Of a DNA stretch of 64,000 nucleotides, positions 57,060 through 64,000 are shown piece by piece. The notes below the pieces were generated by a model, which saw nothing but the letters and a program-made list of their open reading frames with translations, did not search any database and was not told where the DNA came from. Positions within the stretch are counted from its first letter, which is position 1; every line of letters begins with the position of its first letter. The translations under genes were made by a program, and so were the position numbers. This DNA comes from Squalus acanthias (taxonomy: Eukaryota), in NCBI GenBank assembly GCA_030390025.1, contig JASTWF010000365.1, positions 1 through 64,000 on the forward strand, read 5' to 3'.

Positions 57060-60000
57060 TGCCGTGTGTTCTCTGAAATTAGTAGTGTGAGCGCTGTGTG
57101 TTCCCTGAAATCAGTAGTGTGAGCTCTGTGTGTTCTCTGAACTTGGGAGTGTGAGCGCTGTGTGTTCTGTGAAATCAGTAGTGTGAGTGCTGTGTGTTCT
57201 CTGAACTCGGGAGAGTGAGCGCTGTGTGTTCTCTGAAATCAGTAGTGTGAGCGCTGTGTGTTCTCTGAAATCAGTAGTGTGAGCGCTGTGTGTTCTGTGA
57301 AATCAGTAGTGTGAGCGCTGTGTGTTCTGTGAAATCAGTAGTGTGAGCGCTGTGTGTTCACTGAAATCAGTAGTGTGAGCGCTGTGTGTTCACTGAAATC
57401 AGTAGTGTGAGCGCTGTGTGTTCTCTGAAATCAGTAGTGTGCGCGCTGTGTGTTCACTGAAATCAGTAGTGTGAGCGCTGTGTGTTCTCTGAAATCAGTA
57501 GTGTGAGCGCTGTGTGTTCTCTGAAATCAGTAGTGTGAGCGCTGTGTGTTCTCTGAACTCGGGAGAGTGAGCGCTGTGTGTTCTCTGAAATCAGTAGTGT
57601 GGGCGCTGTGTGTTCTCTGAAATCAGTAGTGTGAGCGCTGTGTGTTCTCTGAACTCGGGAGAGTGAGCGCTGTGTGTTCTCTGAAATCAGTAGTGTGAGC
57701 GCTGTGTGTTCTCTGAACTCGGGAGTCTGAGCGCTGTGCGTTCTCTGAACTCGGGAGTGTGCGCGCTGTGCGTTCTCTGAACTCGGGAGTGTGCGCGCTG
57801 TATGTTCTCTGAACTCGGGAGTGTTGGCGCTGTGCGTTCTCTGAACTCGGGAGAGTGAGCGCTGTGCGTTCTCTGAACTCGGGAGTGTTGGCGCTGTGCG
57901 TTCTCTGAACTCGGGAGTGTGATCGCTGTGCTTTCTCTGAACTCGGGAGTGTGAGCGCTGTGCGTTCTCTGAACTCGGGAGTGTGAGCGCTGTGCGTACT
58001 CTGAACTCGTGAATGTGCGCGCTGTGCGTTCTCTGAACTCGGGAGTGTGAGCGCTGTGCGTTCTCTGAACTCGGGAGTGTGAGCGCTGTGCGTTCTCTGA
58101 ACTCGGGAGTGTGAGCGCTGTGCGTTCTCTGAACTCGGGAGTGTGAGCGCTGTGCGTTCTCTGAACTCGGGAGTGTGAGCGCTGTGCGTTCTCTGAACTC
58201 GGGAGTGTAAGCGCTGTGCGTTCTCTGAACTCGGGAGTGTTGGCGCTGTGCGTTCTCTGAACTCGGGAGTGTGAGCGCTGTGTGTTCCCTGAACTTGGGA
58301 GTGTGAGCGCTGTGCATTCTCTGAACTAGGGAGAGTGAGCGCTGTGCGTACTCTGAACTCGGGAGTGTGAGCGCTGTGTGTTCCCTGAACTTGGGAGTGT
58401 GAGCGCTGTGCATTCTCTGAACTCGGGAGTGTTGATGCTGTGCGTTCTCTAAACTTGGGAGTGTGAGTGCTGTGCATTCTCTGAACTAGGGAGAGTGAGC
58501 GCTGTGCGTTCTCTGAACTCGGGAGTGTTGGCGCTGTGCGTTCTCTGAACTCGGGAGAGTGAGCGCTGTGCGATCTCTGAACTTGGGAGTGTGAGTGCTG
58601 TGCATTCTCTGAACTAGGGAGAGTGAGCGCTGTGCGTTCTCTGAACTCGGGAGTGTGAGCGCTGTGTGTTCTCTGAACTCGGGAGTGTGAGCGCTGTGCG
58701 TTCTCTGAACTCAGGAGTGTTGGCGCTGTGCGTTCTCTGAACTTGGGAGTGTGAGTGCTGTGCGTTCTCTGAACTCGGGAGTGTGAGCGCTGTGTGTTCA
58801 CTGAACTCGGGAGAGTGAGCGCTGTGCGTACTCTGAACTCGAGAGTGTGAGTGCTGTGCGTTCTCTGAACTCGGGAGTGTGAGCGCTGCGCCTGGTCTGA
58901 ACTCGGGAGTGTGAGCGCTGTGCGTTCTCTGAACTCGGGAGTGTGAGCGCTGCGCCTGGTCTGAACTCGTGAGTGTGCGTGCTGTGTGTTCTCTGAACTC
59001 GGGAGTGTGAGTGCTGTGCGTTCTCTGAACTCGGGAGTGTGAGCGCTGTGTGTTCACTGAACTCGGGAGAGTGAGCGCTGTGCGTACTCTGAACTCGAGA
59101 GTGTGAGTGCTGTGCATTCTCTGAACTCGGGAGTGTGAGCGCTGTGTGTTCTCTGATCTCTGGAGTGTTGATGCTGTGCGTTCTCTGAACTCGGGAGTGT
59201 TGGTGCTGTGCGTTCTCTGAACTCGGGAGTGTGAGCGCTGTGTGTTCTCTGAACTCGGGAGTGTTGGTGCTGTGCGTTCTCTGAACTCGGGAGTGTGTGC
59301 GCTGTGTGTTCTCTGAACTCGGGAGTGTTGATGCTGTGCGTTCTCTGAACTCGGGACTGTGAGCGCTGTGTGTTCACTGAACTCGGGAAAGTGAGCGCTG
59401 TGCGTTCTCTGAACTCTGGAGTGTGAGCGCTGTGCGTTCTCTGAACTCGGGAGTGTGAGCGCTGTGCGTTCTCTGATCTCTGGAGTGTGAGCGCTGTGCG
59501 TTCTCTGAACTCGGGAGTGTGAGCGCTGTGCGTTCTCTGAACTCGGGAGTGTTGGTGCTGTGCGTTCTCTGAACTCGGGAGTGTTGATGCTGTGCGTTCT
59601 CTGAACTCGGGACTGTGAGCGCTGTGTGTTCACTGAACTCGGGAAAGTGAGCGCTGTGCGTTCTCTGAACTCTGGAGTGTGAGCGCTGTGCGTTCTCTGA
59701 ACTCGGGAGTGTGAGCGCTGTGCGTTCTCTGAACTCGGGAGTGTGAGCGCTGTGTGTTCTCTGAACTCGGGAGTGTTGGTGCTGTGTGTTCTCTGAACTC
59801 GGGAGTGTGAGCGCTGTGTGTTCTCTGAACTCGGGAGTGTGAGCGCTGTGTGTTCTCTGAACTCGGGAGTGTGAGCGCTGTGTGTTCTCTGAACTCGGGA
59901 GTGTTGATGCTGTGCATTCTCTGATCTCTGGAGTGTGAGCGCTGTGCGTTCTCTGAACTCGGGAGTGTGAGCGCTGTGCGTTCTCTGAACTCGGGAGTGT

Positions 60001-63000
60001 TGGTGCTGTGCGTTCTCTGAACTCGGGAGTGTGAGCGCTGTGTGTTCTCTGAACTCGGGAGTGTTGGCGCTGTGCGTTCTCTGAACTTGGGAGTGTGAGC
60101 GCTGTGCGTTCTCTGAACTCGGGAGTGTGAGCGCTGTGCGTTCACTGAACTCGGGAGTGTGAGCGCTGTGCGTTCTCTGAACTCGGGAGTGTGCGCGCTG
60201 TGCGTTCTCTGAACTCGGGAGTGTGAGCGCTGTGCGTACTCTGAACTCGTGAATGTGCGCGCTGTGCGTTCTCTGAACTCGGGAGTGTGAGCGCTGTGCG
60301 ATCTCTGAACTCGGGAGTGTGAGCGCTGTGTGTTCTCTGAACTCGGGAGTGTGAGCGCTGTGCGTTCTCTGAACTCGGGAGTGTGAGCGCTGTGCGTACT
60401 CTGAACTCGTGAATGTGCGCGCTGTGCGTTCTCTGAACTCGGGAGTGTGAGCGCTGTGCGTTCTCTGAACTCGGGAGTGTGCGCGCTGTGCGTTCTATGA
60501 ACTCGGGAGTGTGAGCGCTGTGCGTACTCTGAACTCGTGAATGTGCACGCTGTGCGTTCTCTGAACTCGGGAGTGTGAGCGCTGTGCGTTCTCTGAACTC
60601 GGGAGTGTGAGCGCTGTGCGTTCTCTGAACTCGGGAGTGTGAGCGCTGTGCGTTCTCTGAACTCGGGAGTGTGAGCGCTGTGTGTTCTCTGAACTCGGGA
60701 GTGTGCGCGCTGTGCGTTCTCTGAACTCGTGAATGTGCGCGCTGTGCGTTCTCTGAACTTGGGAGTGTGAGCGCTGTGCGTTCTCTGAACTTGGGAGTGT
60801 GAGCGCTTTGCGTTCTCTGAACTCGGGAGTGTGCGCGCTGTGCGTTCTCTGAACTCGGGAGTGTGAGCGCTGTGCGTTCTCTGAACTTGGGAGTGTGAGC
60901 GCTTTGCGTTCTCTGAACTCGGGAGTGTGAGCGCTGTGCGTTCTCTGAACTCGGGAGTGTGAGCGCAGTGCGTACTCTGAACTCGTGAATGTGCGCGCTG
61001 TGCGTTCTCTGAACTAGGGAGAGTGAGCGCTGTGCGTACTCTGAATCCGGGAGTGTGAGCGCTGTGCGTACTCTGAATCCGGGAGTGTGCGCGCTGTGCG
61101 TTCTCTGAACTCGGGAGTGTGAGCGCTGTGCGTTCTCTGAACTCGGGAGTGTGAGCGCTGTGCGTTCTCTGAACTCGGGAGTGTGAGCGCTGTGCGTTCT
61201 CTGAACTCGGGAGTGTTGGCGCTGTGCGTTCTCTGAACTCGGGAGTGTGAGTGCTGTGCGTTCTCTGAACTCGGGAGTGTGAGCGCTGTGCGTTCTCTGA
61301 ACTCGGGAGTGTGAGCGCTGTGCGTTCTCTGAACTCGGGAGTGTTGGCGCTGTGCGTTCTCTGAACTCGGGAGTGTGAGCGCTGTGCGTTCTCTGAACTC
61401 GGGAGTTTGCGCGCTGTGCGTTCTCTGAACTCGGGAGTGTTGGCGCTGTGCGTTCTCTGAACTCGGGAGTGTGAGCGCTGTGCGTACTCTGAATCCGGGA
61501 GTGTGCGCGCTGTGCGTTCTCTGAACTCGGGAGTGTGAGCGCTGTGCGTTCTCTGAACTCGGGAGTGTGAGCGCTGTGCGTTCTCTGAACTCGGGAGTGT
61601 GAGCGCTGTGTGTTCTCTGAACTCGGGAGTGTGAGCTCTGTGCGTTCTCTGAACTCGAGAGTGTGAGCGCTGTGCGTTCTCTGAACTCGGGAGTGTGAGC
61701 GCTGTGCGTTCTCTGAACTCGGGAGTGTTGGCGCTGTGCATTCTCTGAACTCGAGAGTGTGAGCGCTGTGCGTTCTCTGAACTCGGGAGTGTTGGCGCTG
61801 TGCGTTCTCTGAACTCGGGAGTCTGAGCGCTGTGTGTTCTCTGAACTCGGGAGTGTTGGTGCTGTGCATTCTCTGAACTCGGGAGTGTGCGCGCTGTGCG
61901 TTCTCTGAACTCGGGAGCGTGAGCGCTGTGCGTTCTCTGAACTCGGGAGTGTGAGCGCTGTGCGTTCTCTGAACTCGGGAGTGTGAGCACTGTGCGTTCT
62001 CTGAACTCGGGAGCGTGAGCGCTGTGCGTACTCTGAACTCGGGAGTGAGAGCGCTGTGCGTTCTCTGAACTCGGGAGTGTGAGCGCTGTGCATTCTCTGA
62101 ACTCGGGAGTGAGAGCGCTGTGCGTTCTCTGAACACGTGAGTGTGAGCGCTGTGCGTTCTCTGAACTCGGGAGTGTGCGCGCTGTGCGTTCTCTGAACTC
62201 GGGATTGTGCGCGCTGTGCGTTCTCTGAACTCGGGAGTGTTGGCGATGTGCGTTCTCTGAACTCGAGAGTGTGAGCGCTGTGCGTTCTCTGAACTTGAGA
62301 GTGTTGGTGCTGTGCGTTCTCTGAACTCGGGAGTCTGCGCGCTGTGCGTTCTCTGAACTCGGGAGTGTGAGCGCTGTGTGTTCTCTGAACTCGGGAGTGT
62401 GAGCGCTGTGCGTTCTCTGAACTCGTGAGTGTGCGTGCTGTGTGTTCTCTGAACTCGGGACTGTTGGCGCTGTGCGTTCTCTGAACTCGGGAGTGTTGGC
62501 GCTGTGCGTTCTCTGAACTCAGGAGTGTTGGCGCTGTGTGTTCTCTGAACTCGGGACTGTGAGCACTGTGCGTTCTCTGAACTCGGGAGTGTGAGCGCTG
62601 TGCATTCTCTGAACTTGGGAGTGTTGGCGCTGTGCGTTCTCTGAATTCGGGAGTGTGGGCGCTGTGCGTTCTCTGAACTCGGGAGTGTTGGTGCTGTGCG
62701 TTCTCTGAACTCAGGAGTGTGAGCGCTGTGCGTTCTCTGAACTCGGGAGTGTGAGCGCTGTGTGTTCTCTGAACTCGGGAGTGTGAGCGCTGTGCGTTCT
62801 CTGAACTCGGGAGTGTGAGCGCTGTGCGTTCTCTGAACTCGGGAGTGTGAGCGCTGTGCATACTCTGAACTCGGGAGTGTGAGCGCTGTGCATTCTCTGA
62901 ACTCGGGAGTGTGAGCGCTGTGTGTTCTCTGAACTCGGGAGTGTTGGCGCTGTGCGTTCTCTGAACTCGGGAGTGTGAGCGCTGTGCGTTCTCTGAACTC

Positions 63001-64000
63001 GGGAGTGTGAGCGCTGTGCGTTCTCTGAATTCGGGAGTGTGGGCGCTGTGCGTTCTCTGAACTTGGGAGTGTTGGCGCTGTGCGTTCTCTGAATTCGGGA
63101 GTGTGGGCGCTGTGCGTTCTCTGAACTCGGGAGTGTTGGTGCTGTGCGTTCTCTGAACTCAGGAGTGTGAGCGCTGTGCGTTCTCTGAACTCGGGAGTGT
63201 GAGCGCTGTGTGTTCTCTGAACTCGGGAGTGTGAGCGCTGTGCGTTCTCTGAACTCGGGAGTGTGAGCGCTGTGCGTTCTCTGAACTCGGGAGTGTGAGC
63301 GCTGTGCGTTCTCTGAACTCGGGAGTGTGAGCGCTGTGCATTCTCTGAACTCGGGAGTGTGAGCGCTGTGCATTCTCTGAACTCGGGAGTGTGAGCGCTG
63401 TGTGTTCTCTGAACTCGGGAGTGTTGGCGCTGTGTGTTCTCTGAACTCGGGAGTGTTGATGCTGTGCGTTCTCTGAACTCGGGAGTGTGAGCGCTGTGCG
63501 TTCTCTGAACTCGGGAGTGTTGGCGCTGTGTGTTCTCTGAACTCGGGAGTGTGATCGCTGTGCGTTCTCTGAACTCGGGAGTGTGAGCGCTGTGCGTTCT
63601 CTGAACTCGGGAGTGTGAGTGCTGTGTGTTCTCTGAACTCGGGAGTGTGAGCGCTGTGCGTTCTCTGAACTCGGCAGTGTGAGTGCTGTGTGTTCTCTGA
63701 ACTCGGGAGTGTGAGCGCTGTGCGTTCTCTGAACTCGGGAGTGTTGGCGCTCTGCGTTCTCTGAACTCGAGAGTGTGAGCGCTGTGCGTTCTCTGAACTC
63801 GGGAGTGTGAGCACTGTGCGTTCTCTGAACTCGGGAGTGTGATCGCTGTGCGTTCTCTGAACTCGGGAGTGTGAGCGCTGTGCGTTCTCTGAACTCGGGA
63901 GTGTTGGCGCTGTGCGTTCTCTGAACTCGGGAGTGTGAGCGCTGTGTGTTCTCTGAACTCGAGAGTGTGAGCGCTGTGCGTACTCTGATCTCGAGAGTGT
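57060..64000. repeat. 32-bp CpG-rich satellite (GTGTGAGCGCTGTGCGTTCTCTGAACTCGGGA), >200 copies
   Basis: Directly visible; a proximal variant (...GAAATCAGTA) at 57060-57700 grades into the main variant; runs off the window end. Confidence 0.97.

Noticed and set aside
57463..63814. Long minus-strand ORFs (SSENAQRSHSRVQRTHSAHTPEFRERTALTLP)n
   Set aside because: Translation of the 32-bp satellite cycling through frames.
19925..64000. CRISPR-like appearance of 32-43 bp repeats
   Set aside because: Head-to-tail monomers with no unique spacers, no cas genes and a eukaryotic context.

Overview
This is vertebrate genomic DNA, almost certainly from a cartilaginous fish (inferred from CR1 LINEs with (TTCTTATG)n tails, L2 fragments and DeuSINE/SacSINE-like elements). 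Most of the window is tandem repeat and retroposon sequence, and most long ORFs in the track are repeat artefacts. Three things lie underneath. (1) A 10-exon minus-strand host gene (56581->18468) encodes a signal peptide, two Ly6/uPAR (LU) domains, a triplicated Ser/Thr stalk exon, a transmembrane helix and a short tail; exon 3 has a 1-nt frameshift. (2) Two exons of a degraded LU paralogue sit at 3666-5114. (3) A composite LTR-retroelement locus (5744-12367) contains a plus-strand LTR-PBS-gag-UGA CUAG-protease-RT start, joined to a minus-strand open env-PPT-LTR from a related but different element. The Env architecture resembles paramyxo/pneumovirus F proteins (lokiretrovirus-like) rather than an orthoretroviral TM. 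Several satellites derive from CR1, L2 or SINE segments. All calls were made by eye and no database searches were run.
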